From Actinomycetota bacterium (GTDB lineage Bacteria > Actinomycetota > AC-67): DNA of 64,000 nucleotides. The notes beneath the pieces are model-generated. The model saw only the letters and a list, made by a program, of their open reading frames with translations. It had not been told where the DNA came from and did no database searches. Position numbers and translations under genes: made by a program. The stretch spans positions 10,607 through 74,606 of the forward strand of contig JBIOTQ010000115.1 in assembly GCA_044866075.1 (NCBI GenBank), in the 5' to 3' direction. Position 1 is the first letter of the stretch; every line of letters starts with the position of its first letter. Positions 1 to 10,480 of the stretch are shown piece by piece.

Positions 1-141
1 CGGTCTCGAGGTACCGCTCGGCGCCGAGCCGGAAGGGAACCTGTTCGGTCTTCACGCCGGAGGCGTCGAGAACCTTGAGCGCCTCCGCGACGACCTCGGG
101 GCCGATGCCGTCGCCGGCGATCACTCCGATGCGATGCGTCA
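1..141 (-). CDS. leuB: 3-isopropylmalate dehydrogenase, N-terminal fragment (rest lies outside the window)
   Basis: Reverse complement of 1..141 translates to VTHRIGVIAGDGIGPEVVAEALKVLDASGV..., the conserved GDGIGPEV N-terminus of LeuB/isocitrate-type dehydrogenases. Putative GTG start at 141. Confidence 0.65.
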
Positions 142-156
142 CGGCCGACGTATCGG

Positions 157-960
157 TCACGGCGTGATGTTCATGCCGGCCAGTACCCGGTCGGCCAAGT
201 CGCGGTCGCCCTCGACCGTGAGCCGATGCTCTTCGATCAGACGTTGCGGCGACCAGCGTCCGCCGGTGAGACGCAGGAACGCTTCGAAGTCCGTCGTGAA
301 GCGCACGGTCGGTTCGGGTGGAGGCTCTTCGACCCGGACGCCTCGCCCGCCCTGCATCTGGATCGCGAAGGTCTCGCCGGGCGGCGCGATCGCGAAGACG
401 ACGGACTGCCCGTCGGCGGCTTGCGCGCGCTTCCCGACGGCGAACCCCATCGATCCCGCCATCTGCGCGTAGGCGAACCGCGCGACGTCGCCGTTGAGGT
501 GTCCCCCGCGACCTGTGGCCACGCGGATGTCCTGCTCGTGCGTGAAGACGTCGAAGACCCGGGTGCCGATGATCCGCGTGCGCGACGCGACGCCGAGCGG
601 TCCCTGCGCGTCGTCGTTCCATTCCTCGTCGGTCCACGATGCGAGAACCTTGCCGCGCTCCACCGTCGCGTCGCGCAACTCGTCGAGCAGCTCGTCGACG
701 GAACGGTTGCGGCGGGCGAGTACCTCGCGCTCGTTGACCGCGCCGAGCTCGTTGCGCACGTACGGCCCCCGGACCGGGTCTCCGGGCTGAGGACGGCCGA
801 GCATTCCCGACTCGGTACCACAAACGTGTGCCAGCTGATCCTTGACCGTCCAGCCGGGACAATCGGTCGGAAGCTCCCATTCAGCGGGGTCGAGCTGCGC
901 GCACACTTCCTCGAACGAGGACCAGGCCTGCTCCATGAGTTGCGCGAACTCGTGCGCCAT
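157..960 (-). CDS. maleylpyruvate isomerase N-terminal domain / DinB_2-like (TIGR03083-type, mycothiol-dependent enzyme family) protein
   Basis: 267-aa ORF MAHEFAQLMEQAWSSFEEVCAQLDPAEWELPTDCPGWTVKDQLAHV... is the typical N-terminal signature of this family. Confidence 0.6.
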   Translation of the reverse strand: MAHEFAQLMEQAWSSFEEVCAQLDPAEWELPTDCPGWTVKDQLAHVCGTESGMLGRPQPGDPVRGPYVRNELGAVNEREVLARRNRSVDELLDELRDATVERGKVLASWTDEEWNDDAQGPLGVASRTRIIGTRVFDVFTHEQDIRVATGRGGHLNGDVARFAYAQMAGSMGFAVGKRAQAADGQSVVFAIAPPGETFAIQMQGGRGVRVEEPPPEPTVRFTTDFEAFLRLTGGRWSPQRLIEEHRLTVEGDRDLADRVLAGMNITP

Positions 961-1031
961 AGGGGCCCGATTCTAACCGGGACACGACGAGAGACCCCCC
1001 AGTCGAGGGTCCCTCGCCGCCTTCGTGTGGT

Positions 1032-1340
1032 CTAGCGGGTGGTTCTGGCCCGGGCGCGCGCGGTGGTGCGCGGGGCGGTCTTCCGCGTCTTGCGCGCGGC
1101 CGCCGTTCTGGTCCTTGCGGTCTTCCGGCGGCCGTTCGTCGAGGCGCGTTTCGCGTTGGACGTCAGCTTCTTCGTGACGGCGCGGCCCCGGCGCTCCGCG
1201 GTATCGATGGCGCGCTCGGCCTTGGTTCGCGCGCGGCGCGCGGTCGGACCGATCTTCTTCGCACGGCCTCGGACTTCATCCACGGCGGCGTCGGCTGCGC
1301 CGACGGCCGCGTACGCGAGCTTCTTCGGCTGCACGCGCAT
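1032..1340 (-). CDS. small basic Lys/Arg/Ala-rich protein (HbhA/histone-tail-like)
   Basis: ATG at 1340 is preceded by AAAGGAGG. Protein is MRVQPKKLAYAAVGAADAAVDEV... followed by a KR/A/T-rich tail. The annotated 129-aa ORF start further upstream has no RBS. Confidence 0.5.
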   Translation of the reverse strand: MRVQPKKLAYAAVGAADAAVDEVRGRAKKIGPTARRARTKAERAIDTAERRGRAVTKKLTSNAKRASTNGRRKTARTRTAAARKTRKTAPRTTARARARTTR

Positions 1341-1450
1341 GCTCGCCTCCTTTGGCTTGGGTTCGTTTATTTCCTTCCACCGGGGCGAGTGCGCAAACAC
1401 GCAGGAGCGAGCTGGCAGCATACGATCGTACGTGATAACGTACAGGCTTG

Positions 1451-2041
1451 ATGGGAGCCCTGCGGCTGACCGACGACCTGACCGAGCAGCTGGGCCGCCG
1501 CGTGCGCGCGCTGCGTGAGGCCCGTGGCTTGTCGCTCCGTGACCTCGCGGTTCGCAGCGGGGTGAGCGCGCCGATGTTGTCGCAGGTGGAGCGCGGCGAG
1601 ACCTCCCCGACCTTGTCGGTGGCCCAGCGCATCTCCGCCGGGCTCGATCTGCCGTTATCGACGCTGTTGCGCCTCGACGAGCGGCAGCACGTCGCGATCG
1701 TCCGCAAAGGGGACCGCCGCAGCGAGCGCCGGGACGGACACCGCGTCGACGAGCTGACCCCCTCCTTGCCCGGCGAGCGCGCGTCGGTCACGCTCCACGT
1801 CCTGAAGCAGGGCGCGCGCACGGGCGGCCCGGCGGACCGCCCGGTGCACGCGCCCGGCAGCCGCGAGACCGTCGTCGCCAGCAGCGGCCGGCTCGCCCTG
1901 GTGATCGACGGGGAGCGCTACGATCTGCGCGAGGGAGACGCCGTCACGTTCGACGCAGACCTCCCCCACCACTTCGAGAATCCCGGCGCCCGTCCGGTGA
2001 CGTTCCTCGCCGTGGTGACCGCCGGCCTGCGGAACACATAG
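1451..2041 (+). CDS. XRE-family HTH transcriptional regulator with C-terminal cupin domain
   Basis: N-terminal LSLRDLAVRSGVSAPMLSQVERGETSPTLSVAQRIS HTH; C-terminal cupin-like region (GDAVTFDADLPHHFEN). ATG at 1451; the track start at 1448 is TTG. Lies directly upstream of leuCD. Confidence 0.75.
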   Translation: MGALRLTDDLTEQLGRRVRALREARGLSLRDLAVRSGVSAPMLSQVERGETSPTLSVAQRISAGLDLPLSTLLRLDERQHVAIVRKGDRRSERRDGHRVDELTPSLPGERASVTLHVLKQGARTGGPADRPVHAPGSRETVVASSGRLALVIDGERYDLREGDAVTFDADLPHHFENPGARPVTFLAVVTAGLRNT

Positions 2042-2050
2042 GAGCGGACC

Positions 2051-3442
2051 ATGCCGAAGACGATGGTCGACAAGATCTGGGAGGCGCACGAGGTCCGGCC
2101 GGACCTGATCTACATCGACCTGCACCTCGTGCACGAGGTCACCTCGCCTCAGGCGTTCGACGGGCTGCGACTGAACGGCCGCACCGTACGGCGCCCCGAC
2201 AAGACGATGGCGACCGCCGACCACAACGTCCCCACCGACGGCACGGCCGTCGCACGCTTGATCGCCGACACGCTCTCGCGGCAGCAGGTCGAGACGCTCG
2301 AGCGGAACTGCGCGGAGTTCGGGATCCCGATCTTCTCGCTCGGCTCCGAGCGTCAAGGCATCGTGCACGTGATCGGACCGGAACTCGGCGTGACGCAACC
2401 CGGGATGACGATAGTGTGCGGCGATTCGCACACCTCGACGCACGGCGCGTTCGGCGCGCTCGCGTTCGGGATCGGCACCAGCGAGGTCGAGCACGTGCTC
2501 GCCACGCAGACGCTCGGGCAGAAGCGTCCGAAGACGATGCGGATCTGGTACCCGGGCGAGCTCGGTTTCGGCGTGACGGCCAAGGACGTCATCCTCGCCA
2601 CGATAGGCCGGCTCGGCACCAGCGGCTGCGTCGGCTATGCCGTCGAGTACGCCGGGCCCGTCATCGAACGCTTGACGATGGAGAACCGCATGACCGTGTG
2701 CAACATGACGATCGAGGGCGGCGGCCGTGCCGGGATGATCGCGCCCGACGACACGACGTTCGCGTACATGGAGGGCCGGCCGGCGGCGCCGAAAGGCGCG
2801 GATTGGGAACGTGCGCTGGAGCGCTGGCGGGGCCTCCGGACCGACGAGGGCGCGACGTTCGACCGGCAGATCGAGATCGACGGCTCGGCGATCGCGCCGA
2901 TGGTCACCTGGGGGACCACGCCGGGCATGGTCGTCGACGTGACGAGCCGCGTGCCGTCGCCGGGCGACTTCGACTCCCCCGCCGAGCGCGAGAGCGCCGA
3001 GCGCGCACTCGCCTATATGGGACTCGAGGCGGGCACCCCGATCACCAGCATCCCGCTGGAGCGTGTGTTCATCGGGTCGTGCACGAACTCGCGGATCGAG
3101 GACCTCCGCGCGGCCGCGCGGGTCGTCGAGGGTCGCCGCGTCGCGGATAGCATCCGCGCCATGGTCGTGCCGGGCTCGGCACAAGTGAAGGTGCAGGCGG
3201 AGGAGGAAGGCCTCGACCGGGTCTTCACGGCAGCGGGATTCGAATGGCGGTCGGCCGGCTGCTCTATGTGCCTCGGCATGAACCCCGACATCCTCGCGCC
3301 GCAGGAGCGCTGCGCCTCGACCTCCAATCGCAACTTCGAAGGCCGGCAGGGCGCGGGGGGCCGCACGCACCTCGTCTCGCCCGAGATGGCGGCGGCCGCG
3401 GCGATCGAGGGGCACTTCGTCGACATCAGGAGCTGGAGCTGA
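2051..3442 (+). CDS. leuC: 3-isopropylmalate dehydratase large subunit
   Basis: 463 aa, aconitase-family LeuC sequence over its whole length ([15 protein letters not shown]...[30 protein letters not shown]...). Confidence 0.95.
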   Translation: MPKTMVDKIWEAHEVRPDLIYIDLHLVHEVTSPQAFDGLRLNGRTVRRPDKTMATADHNVPTDGTAVARLIADTLSRQQVETLERNCAEFGIPIFSLGSERQGIVHVIGPELGVTQPGMTIVCGDSHTSTHGAFGALAFGIGTSEVEHVLATQTLGQKRPKTMRIWYPGELGFGVTAKDVILATIGRLGTSGCVGYAVEYAGPVIERLTMENRMTVCNMTIEGGGRAGMIAPDDTTFAYMEGRPAAPKGADWERALERWRGLRTDEGATFDRQIEIDGSAIAPMVTWGTTPGMVVDVTSRVPSPGDFDSPAERESAERALAYMGLEAGTPITSIPLERVFIGSCTNSRIEDLRAAARVVEGRRVADSIRAMVVPGSAQVKVQAEEEGLDRVFTAAGFEWRSAGCSMCLGMNPDILAPQERCASTSNRNFEGRQGAGGRTHLVSPEMAAAAAIEGHFVDIRSWS

Positions 3443-3444
3443 GC

Positions 3445-4005
3445 ATGGAGCCGATCCGGACCATCAGCGGCAAGGTGTCCGTGCTCGACCGCGCCGACGT
3501 GGACACCGATCAGATCATGCCCAAGCAGTTCCTGAAGAGGATCGAGCGCACCGGGTACGGCGAGTTCCTCTTCTACGACTGGGTGCGCAGCGGCGAGGTC
3601 TCGCTCGATCCCAATCCGATCCTCGTCACCGGCCGGAACTTCGGTTCCGGGTCGTCGCGCGAGCACGCGGTCTGGGGCATCCAGCAGTTCGGGTTCCAGG
3701 CCGTCGTCGCCCCGTCGTTCAGCGACATCTTCTACAGCAACTGCACGAAGAACGGCCTGCTTCCGGTCCGCCTTCCCGAGGACGACGTGCGGGTGCTGAT
3801 GGAGGCGGCCGAGGCGACGATCGACCTCGACGCGCAGACCGTGTCGTTCGCCGGCCGGACGGTCTCGTTCGAGATCGACGCCGATGTGAAGCACCGCTTG
3901 CTGAACGGCCTCGACGAGATCGCGTTGACGCTTGAACACGCCGGCGACATCGACGCCTACGAGCAAGAGAGGATGCAGCCGGGTCCGGTAACCTCGGCCC
4001 TGTGA
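3445..4005 (+). CDS. leuD: 3-isopropylmalate dehydratase small subunit
   Basis: MEPIRTISGKVSVLDRADVDTDQIMPKQFLKRIERTGYGEFLFYDW...; ATG lies 2 nt after the leuC stop. Confidence 0.95.
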   Translation: MEPIRTISGKVSVLDRADVDTDQIMPKQFLKRIERTGYGEFLFYDWVRSGEVSLDPNPILVTGRNFGSGSSREHAVWGIQQFGFQAVVAPSFSDIFYSNCTKNGLLPVRLPEDDVRVLMEAAEATIDLDAQTVSFAGRTVSFEIDADVKHRLLNGLDEIALTLEHAGDIDAYEQERMQPGPVTSAL

Positions 4006-4790
4006 CCGCTCCGCTCGTCCGCAAGGTCGACCACGTCTTCGTTCCGGTCAAAGACCCGCAGCCGCTGCTCTCCATCTTCACCGAGACGCTCGAGATGCCC
4101 GTCGCATGGCCGGTGACCGACCGAGGTCTCTACCGCAGCGGCGCGTTCTGCGCCGGCAACGCCAACGTCGAGTTCATCGCCGCCGGGGGCGCGTTCCTGC
4201 CGTTCTCCGAACCGACCGAACCCTTGACGGTGCGAGGGATCGCGCTCGAGCCGGAAAGCACGGCCGACACGATGACGATGCTCGACGAGCGAGAGCTCGT
4301 CCACGGCGACCCCGCGACGTGGTTGGACGAGTCCGGCTCGCCGTTCGTCACCAACGTCTTCCTGTCCGGCCTCGTGGCCGACGCCGCGATGGTGTTCCTG
4401 TGCCGGTACGAGGGAGCGACCGCGGCCGCACGCCGCGCGGTTTTCGACGCGTTCGACGATGAGCCGAACCCGATCGGCGTGCGCGCCGTGGCGGAGATCA
4501 CGATCGGCGTGCGCGACATCGAGGGGGCGACGGAGCTCTGGCGGCGCCTCCTTGCGCCGGTCGTTCCCGACGACCACGGCGCCTTCCGTCTCGGCGGCGG
4601 TCCCATCATCCGGCTGCGTCGCTCCTCGATCGAGGGCGTCGCGGCACTCTGGCTCGAAGTTGCGTCCCTCGCGCACGCGCGCGACGCGCTCCGCGCGCGC
4701 GACCTGCTCGGACCGATGCGCGCCTCCGGTATCGGTTTGAACTACGCGAGGACGGGTGGGCTCGACGTCTGGCTCACCGAGAAGCGTTAG
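4002..4790 (+). CDS. VOC/glyoxalase-like family protein (hypothetical)
   Basis: GTG start overlaps the leuD stop (GTGA). 262 aa with two VOC-like half-domains (VDHVFVPVKD..., IGVRAVAEITIGVRDIEG...). Confidence 0.5.
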   Translation: MTAPLVRKVDHVFVPVKDPQPLLSIFTETLEMPVAWPVTDRGLYRSGAFCAGNANVEFIAAGGAFLPFSEPTEPLTVRGIALEPESTADTMTMLDERELVHGDPATWLDESGSPFVTNVFLSGLVADAAMVFLCRYEGATAAARRAVFDAFDDEPNPIGVRAVAEITIGVRDIEGATELWRRLLAPVVPDDHGAFRLGGGPIIRLRRSSIEGVAALWLEVASLAHARDALRARDLLGPMRASGIGLNYARTGGLDVWLTEKR

Positions 4791-5710
4791 TAGCCGGCCT
4801 CCAGGTCGACCAAGCCCTCGAGAGGTTCGCCCCGCGCGAACCGTTCCACGTTCCTCTTCACGAGGGCGGCGAGTTCCGGCACCGCCATCGCCCACGTGTT
4901 CGCCGCGTGCGAGGTGATCACCACGGTCTCCATCTGCCACAGCGGATGACCGTCCGGCAGCGGCTCCGGGTCGGTCACGTCCAAGGCCGCGCCCGCGATG
5001 CGCTCCCCCTGGAGCGCAGCGACGAGCGCGTCGGTGTCGATCAGGCGGCCGCGGCCGACGTTGACGATCCACGCCGACGGTTTCATGCGCGCGATCATCA
5101 CGGCGTCGAAGAGGTGTTCGGTCTCGGGCGTGAGCGCCGGCGCGAGAACGATCCAATCAGCCTCGGGAACGACCTCCGCCAGCGCGTGGACGCGCACCGT
5201 TCGTTCCGCGCCCGGCATCGGTTCGCCGCTGCGATTCGCCGCGACGACGCGCGGCCCCAGCGGTTCGAGCATCTTCGCGAGCGATCGCCCGATCCCTCCC
5301 GTCCCAACGATCAGCACGGTGCCTCCCGCGAGGCGCCGGGCGGCGGACGCCTCGCCGCGCTTGCGCCAGCGCCGCGCCCGCACGTGGCGGTGCAGGCCTC
5401 GGGCGGCCAGCAGCAAGAGCGCGAGCGCGTGCTCCGCGGTCGACGGGCCGTAGATCCCCTTCGCGCACGTCCACGTGCGTCCCGGCACGATCACGCCGGC
5501 GGCGAGGAACTCCTCGATGCCGGCGAACGGCAGCTGCACCCAACTCGCGGGCGAGGACGCCAGCGCCGAACGAAGACCGTCCGGATCCGCGGGGTCCATC
5601 CACACGAGCGCGTCGGCGGACGCCGCCTCGACAAGGCGACCTCCGGCCCCGACCACCGCGGCTTCGATCTCCTCCCGTGAGGGGACCACCGCGACGCTGG
5701 GCGTGGTCAC
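4787..5710 (-). CDS. D-isomer-specific 2-hydroxyacid dehydrogenase (NAD-binding)
   Basis: GTGGIG Rossmann motif, ...ALDVTDPEPLPDGHPLW..., typical D-2-HDH C-terminus. Start placed at GTG 5710 after GAGGAG; the track start at 5806 would overlap the divergent kinase promoter region. Confidence 0.8.
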   Translation of the reverse strand: MTTPSVAVVPSREEIEAAVVGAGGRLVEAASADALVWMDPADPDGLRSALASSPASWVQLPFAGIEEFLAAGVIVPGRTWTCAKGIYGPSTAEHALALLLLAARGLHRHVRARRWRKRGEASAARRLAGGTVLIVGTGGIGRSLAKMLEPLGPRVVAANRSGEPMPGAERTVRVHALAEVVPEADWIVLAPALTPETEHLFDAVMIARMKPSAWIVNVGRGRLIDTDALVAALQGERIAGAALDVTDPEPLPDGHPLWQMETVVITSHAANTWAMAVPELAALVKRNVERFARGEPLEGLVDLEAGY

Positions 5711-5796
5711 GGACTCCTCGTCTTCAGACACATCGGGATGAATGTCTATCAGCCGCGGACGCCGCGGCGATTTTCTCGTGACTGTTAGCCGAACAT

Positions 5797-7938
5797 ATGC
5801 CTGCAAGGTGCTACTTTCGAGACGTGGACGCGAGTGGGGGATCCGCTTCGCGGACGTCGGGGCGTGATCTCGTCGTCCGTGCCGCGATCCTGGCCGTCGC
5901 CTACTTCCTCAGCGCGAAGCTCGGGCTGAGGCTCGCATTCAGCAACGAGAACATCACCTCGGTATGGCCCCCGACCGGCATCGCGGTCGCCGGTCTGCTC
6001 CTTTTCGGCCCGCGGGTGTGGCCCGGCATCACCGTCGGAGCCCTGGTCGCGAATCTCACGAACGGCGCGCCACTCGTTACGACGCTCGGCATCTGCGCCG
6101 GGAACACGCTCGCCCCGATCGTCGGCGCCGCCCTGCTGCGCCGCACCGGGTTCCGGCCCGCGCTCGATCGGCTGCGCGACGTCGTCGCGCTGGTCTTCCT
6201 CGGCGGTCTGGCGAGCATGCTCGTCAGCGCCACGGGAGGCACGCTCTCGCTCGCGGCCACGGATGCGATCGGCAAGGACGGCACCGGTCTGGCCTGGCTC
6301 GTATGGTGGGTCGGCGACGCGCTCGGCGTGATCCTGTTTGCGCCGCTGATCCTTACATTCGCGACGCCGCTCGACGAGGCGGATCCGATCGCGGAGCGCC
6401 CGCGCGAAGCGGCCATCCTTGTCGCCGGCACGGTCGCCGTCGCGCTCCTCGTGTTCGGCACCCGCATCCCCGTCGTGTATCTGCTGTTCCCCTTGGCGAT
6501 CTGGGCGGCTGTGCGGTTCCACCAGCGCGGCGCGTCCGTGATGATCGTGCTGGTATCGGGCATCGCCATCCTGGAGACGACCTCGGGGAACGGCCCCTTC
6601 GCGGGCATGAGCCGAACGACGGACCTCACGTCGCTCCAGGCGTTCAACGGATCGCTCGCATTGGCGGCGCTGTCGCTCGCGGCCGTCACCCGCGAACGCG
6701 CGCGCGCGCAGGAGGCGCTACGGCGGTCCGCGGACGAGCTCGAGGAGCGGGTCGTCGTGCGCACCGCAGAGCTCGCGACCAGCGGAGAGCGACTCCGGGA
6801 AGCGCAGCGCCTCGCCCACATCGGCTCGTGGCATTGGGACGTCGCGACCAACACCGTGACGTGGTCCGACGAGCTGTACAGGATCTACGGCCTCGATCCC
6901 GGGAACGGCGCGGCTACGTTCGAGGATTACGTGGGTCACGTGCATCCCGACCATCGCGATCAGGTAACGCGCGCGGTTCAAGGGACGCTGTCTACCGGCG
7001 AGGCGTTCGAGCACGAATACCGGATCGTGCGGCCGGGCGGCGAGGAGCGCTGGGTGCACGCGCGCGGCGAGGCGCTCAGCAATCCGACGTCCGGCGAGCG
7101 GGTCGGACTGCGCGGGTACTGCCACGACGTGACGCAGCGGCGCGAGGCCGAGGACGCGCTCCGCCGTTCCTTGGAGGGCGAACGCGAGGCCGCGCGGCGC
7201 CTCCGTCTACTGGACGAGTTCAAAGACTCGCTCCTCACCGCCGTCTCGCACGAGCTGCGAACCCCTCTCACCGTCATCATGGGGCTCGCGACAACTCTGA
7301 CCGACCGATCCGTGGAACTCAGCGCGGAGGAGAAAGACGAGCTCATCGAGCGTCTCGAGTCGAACGCGATCCGGCTGGACAAGCTGCTCGCCGACCTGCT
7401 CGACGTCGACCGTCTCAACCGCGGCGTCATCGAACCACGACCGCGCGCGACGTCGCTGTCCAAGGCGGCCGGCCGCGCGCTCGACGGCATCGACACCAAG
7501 GGCCGCGACGTTCGGATGGACGTCGGCAGAGCCGTCGTGGCGGCCGATCCCGCTCACCTCGAGCGGATCATCGAGAACCTTGTGTCGAACGCCGTGAAAC
7601 ACACGCCGGACGGAACGAAGGTGCGCGTGGCGAGCGAGGACCGGCCGGACGGAGTGGTGCTGATCGTCGAGGACTCGGGGCCCGGCGTGCCGGCGAACCT
7701 GCGCGAGCTCATCTTCGAGCCGTTCCGGCGGGGCGACGTCGCGTCCCACGTGCAGGGAATCGGCGTCGGTCTGTCTCTCGTCGCACGCTTCGCGCGCGTG
7801 AACGGCGGTCGGGCGTGGGTCGAGGATCGCGCGGGCGGCGGCGCGTCCTTCCGCGTCCTGTTGCCGCACGCGGACGACGCCGACGACGGAGACCGCTCCC
7901 AACCCGCCGCAGCGCGGGAGTCGCCGCAGAGCGCCTGA
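5797..7938 (+). CDS. sensor histidine kinase (MASE1 membrane domain - PAS - HisKA - HATPase_c)
   Basis: N-terminal multi-TM MASE1-like region, PAS (IGSWHWDVATNTVTWSDELYRIYGL), H-box (SHELRTPLT), and G-boxes (DSGPGV...GIGVGLSLV). No response regulator adjacent. Confidence 0.8.
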   Translation: MPARCYFRDVDASGGSASRTSGRDLVVRAAILAVAYFLSAKLGLRLAFSNENITSVWPPTGIAVAGLLLFGPRVWPGITVGALVANLTNGAPLVTTLGICAGNTLAPIVGAALLRRTGFRPALDRLRDVVALVFLGGLASMLVSATGGTLSLAATDAIGKDGTGLAWLVWWVGDALGVILFAPLILTFATPLDEADPIAERPREAAILVAGTVAVALLVFGTRIPVVYLLFPLAIWAAVRFHQRGASVMIVLVSGIAILETTSGNGPFAGMSRTTDLTSLQAFNGSLALAALSLAAVTRERARAQEALRRSADELEERVVVRTAELATSGERLREAQRLAHIGSWHWDVATNTVTWSDELYRIYGLDPGNGAATFEDYVGHVHPDHRDQVTRAVQGTLSTGEAFEHEYRIVRPGGEERWVHARGEALSNPTSGERVGLRGYCHDVTQRREAEDALRRSLEGEREAARRLRLLDEFKDSLLTAVSHELRTPLTVIMGLATTLTDRSVELSAEEKDELIERLESNAIRLDKLLADLLDVDRLNRGVIEPRPRATSLSKAAGRALDGIDTKGRDVRMDVGRAVVAADPAHLERIIENLVSNAVKHTPDGTKVRVASEDRPDGVVLIVEDSGPGVPANLRELIFEPFRRGDVASHVQGIGVGLSLVARFARVNGGRAWVEDRAGGGASFRVLLPHADDADDGDRSQPAAARESPQSA

Positions 7939-7959
7939 GCCGCCTATCCTTCGAAAGGC

Positions 7960-9432
7960 ATGCGTGGCTCAGGCCTGAGTTCCACCCACCCACCCGACGA
8001 TCTAGCCGATCTCGACGCGCTCGGCTGCGCGGAGCTCGTTCGCGCCGGAGAGGTCACGCCGCTCGAGCTCGTCGACGCCGCGATCCAGAGGATCGAGAAG
8101 CTCGACCCCGAGATCAACGCGATCCCGATCCGTCTGTTCGAGAAGGCGCGCGCCGAAGCGGCTTCGCCGTCGCTGCCCGACGGTCCGTTCCGCGGCGTGC
8201 CAACCGTCGTCAAGGACCTCTGGAGTCACACGGCCGGCGACCCGTTCCACAAGGGGATGCGCTTCCTCAAAGAGATGGGGTGGACCGAGGAGCACGACAC
8301 CGACCACGCGGCGATGCTCCGCCGAGCCGGTTTCATCTTCGTCGGACGCAGTAACACGCCGGAGATGGGACTGCAGCCGACGACCGAACCCGAGGCGTAC
8401 GGGCCGACGCGCAATCCCTGGAACCTCGGCTTCTCGACCGGCGGATCGAGCGGCGGCAGTGCCGCGGCGGTCGCGGCCCGGATGGTGCCGGTCGCGCAGG
8501 CGACCGACGGCGGCGGGTCGATCCGCATCCCGGCGAGCGAGTGTGGGCTCGTCGGCCTGAAGCCGTCGCGCGGCCGGGTGACCAGCGGGCCGTTCGCCGG
8601 TGAGTACACCGGCGGGTTCTCGGTCGAGCTGTGCGTCTCGACGTCCGTGCGCGACACGGCGGCCTTCCTCGACGTCGCATCGGGGCCCGGGCTCGGCGAC
8701 CCGTACGTCGCCCCCGCTCCGGCGCGCGCGTACCGCGACGAGGTGGGTGCGGACCCGGGGCGTCTCCGCGTCGGGATCCTGACCGCCGACGCCCGCGGAT
8801 ACGCGACCGTCCATCCCGACTGCGTCGCCGCCACCGTCGAAACCGCGCGGCTGTTGGAATCGCTCGGCCACGTCGTCGAGGAGTCGTTCCCGCCGGCGCT
8901 GACCGAACCCGAGGCCGCCATGGGCGTCATCACGTACTTCTCGACGAGCGTGGCGGCCGGTCTGGATCACTGGTCGCGGCGCACCGGCCGCGACATCACC
9001 GCCGCCGACGTCGAGGCGCCGACGTGGGCGCTCGCAGAGATGGGCCGGTCGATCACCGGCGCGCAGTTCTGGCTCGCTCGCGAGCACACGCTGACGCACG
9101 CGCGTCGCGTTGCGCGGTGGTGGGCGGACGGGTTCGATCTGCTCGTGACGCCGACGCTCCCCGACCCGCCGCCGCCGCTCGGCTCCTTCAAGGGGACGCC
9201 GGACAACCCGCTCGCGGGGCTCGCACGCGGCGCCGGCTACGCCTTGTTCACCGCGCCGTTCAACGCGACCGGTCAGCCGGCCATCTCACTGCCGCTCGCG
9301 ATGTCGAGCGACGGCTTGCCCGTCGGCGTTCAGCTCGTCGCCGCGTACGGACACGAGGACGTTCTGATCCGGATCGCGTCGCAGATCGAGCAGGCGGCGC
9401 CGTGGTCGGGCCGGCGCGCGCCGATCGGCTAG
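7960..9432 (+). CDS. amidase (amidase-signature family)
   Basis: [13 protein letters not shown]...[12 protein letters not shown] amidase-signature motif. Confidence 0.85.
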   Translation: MRGSGLSSTHPPDDLADLDALGCAELVRAGEVTPLELVDAAIQRIEKLDPEINAIPIRLFEKARAEAASPSLPDGPFRGVPTVVKDLWSHTAGDPFHKGMRFLKEMGWTEEHDTDHAAMLRRAGFIFVGRSNTPEMGLQPTTEPEAYGPTRNPWNLGFSTGGSSGGSAAAVAARMVPVAQATDGGGSIRIPASECGLVGLKPSRGRVTSGPFAGEYTGGFSVELCVSTSVRDTAAFLDVASGPGLGDPYVAPAPARAYRDEVGADPGRLRVGILTADARGYATVHPDCVAATVETARLLESLGHVVEESFPPALTEPEAAMGVITYFSTSVAAGLDHWSRRTGRDITAADVEAPTWALAEMGRSITGAQFWLAREHTLTHARRVARWWADGFDLLVTPTLPDPPPPLGSFKGTPDNPLAGLARGAGYALFTAPFNATGQPAISLPLAMSSDGLPVGVQLVAAYGHEDVLIRIASQIEQAAPWSGRRAPIG

Positions 9433-9436
9433 AGCG

Positions 9437-10480
9437 ATGGCCGGCGAGCTCGCGCCCTGGCAAGAGCCCGTCCGCGGAGGCTACCCCGACCCGCGCGGTT
9501 TCGGGCTCCCCGGACTGGAGAGCCTCCGCGCCTACTTCTCGGGACGCGGTTTGATCCCGCCGATCTCGCGCCTGACCGGCATGTTGCTGCGTGAGGTCGA
9601 CGAGGGGTACGCCGTGTTCGAGATGCAGGCGACAGGATGGTTCCTCTCCTCCCAGAACCAGATCTCGGCCGGCGCCTTGATGATGCTCGCCGACGGATCT
9701 TTCGGCTGCTCGCTGCTAACGGCCCTTCCGCCGGCGACGCCGTACACCACCGCCGAACTGTCGATGAGCTTTCTCAAGCCGTGCGCCGCCGAAGGCACCG
9801 TCCGGGCGATCGGACGGCTGTTGCATATCGGTGACCCCCTGGCCCTCACCGACGTCTGGGTCGAAGACGCACGCGGCGAGCGCGTCGCACACGGAACCTC
9901 GACGCTGATGGTCCTGCCGGCGATCGAAGGCATCGAGCTCATCTCACCCGAGGACCTCCCTAACCTCGAACAGCCCACCTACGAGACGCCCGACCCCTTC
10001 GAGCGCGCACCGATCGGCGAGACCATCCCCTGGGACGAGTGGCGCACGATGCCCGGCGTGGAGATCCTGCGCCGCCAGATCAAAGGCGAGCTGCCGCAGC
10101 CGCCGATCCACTACCTCACGGGCATGACGCTGCAAGACGTCTGCGAGGGCTCCGCGCTCTTCACGATGCCGGCCTCGGAGTGGCTCACGAGCCCGTTGCG
10201 CACCGTGCAGGGCGGCGCGGTGGCGATGCTCGCGCACGCGGCGCTCGCGACGGCGGTGACCTCGACGCTCGAGGCCGGCAGCGCGTATCGCCCCGTCGAC
10301 GTGAAGGTGAACTTCCTGCGACCGGTGTTCGCCGACGGGACGGACCTCGAGGCGCGCGGCACCGTGACCCACCGCGGACGCACGCTCGCGGTCGCCAACG
10401 CCGAGGTGACCGGGGCCGACGGCAAGAAGGTCGCGACGGCGACAGGCTCGACGATCATCCTCCCCGAGCGGAGGGACTGA
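9437..10480 (+). CDS. tandem hotdog-fold (PaaI-type) thioesterase domain protein
   Basis: Two repeats of the PaaI/4HBT-like fold (…QNQISAGALMMLADGSFGCS… and …TVQGGAVAMLAHAALATAV…). Confidence 0.7.
   Translation: MAGELAPWQEPVRGGYPDPRGFGLPGLESLRAYFSGRGLIPPISRLTGMLLREVDEGYAVFEMQATGWFLSSQNQISAGALMMLADGSFGCSLLTALPPATPYTTAELSMSFLKPCAAEGTVRAIGRLLHIGDPLALTDVWVEDARGERVAHGTSTLMVLPAIEGIELISPEDLPNLEQPTYETPDPFERAPIGETIPWDEWRTMPGVEILRRQIKGELPQPPIHYLTGMTLQDVCEGSALFTMPASEWLTSPLRTVQGGAVAMLAHAALATAVTSTLEAGSAYRPVDVKVNFLRPVFADGTDLEARGTVTHRGRTLAVANAEVTGADGKKVATATGSTIILPERRD

Noticed and set aside
1655-3415. 586-aa ORF antisense to leuC
   Set aside because: Arg/Ala/Gly-rich low-complexity translation, fully embedded opposite a confidently identified LeuC. 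A typical high-GC antisense artefact.
5964-8354. 796-aa Arg-rich ORF in an alternate frame of the histidine kinase and amidase
   Set aside because: Low-complexity RRRR/GRRG composition. Overlaps two well-supported genes in another frame.
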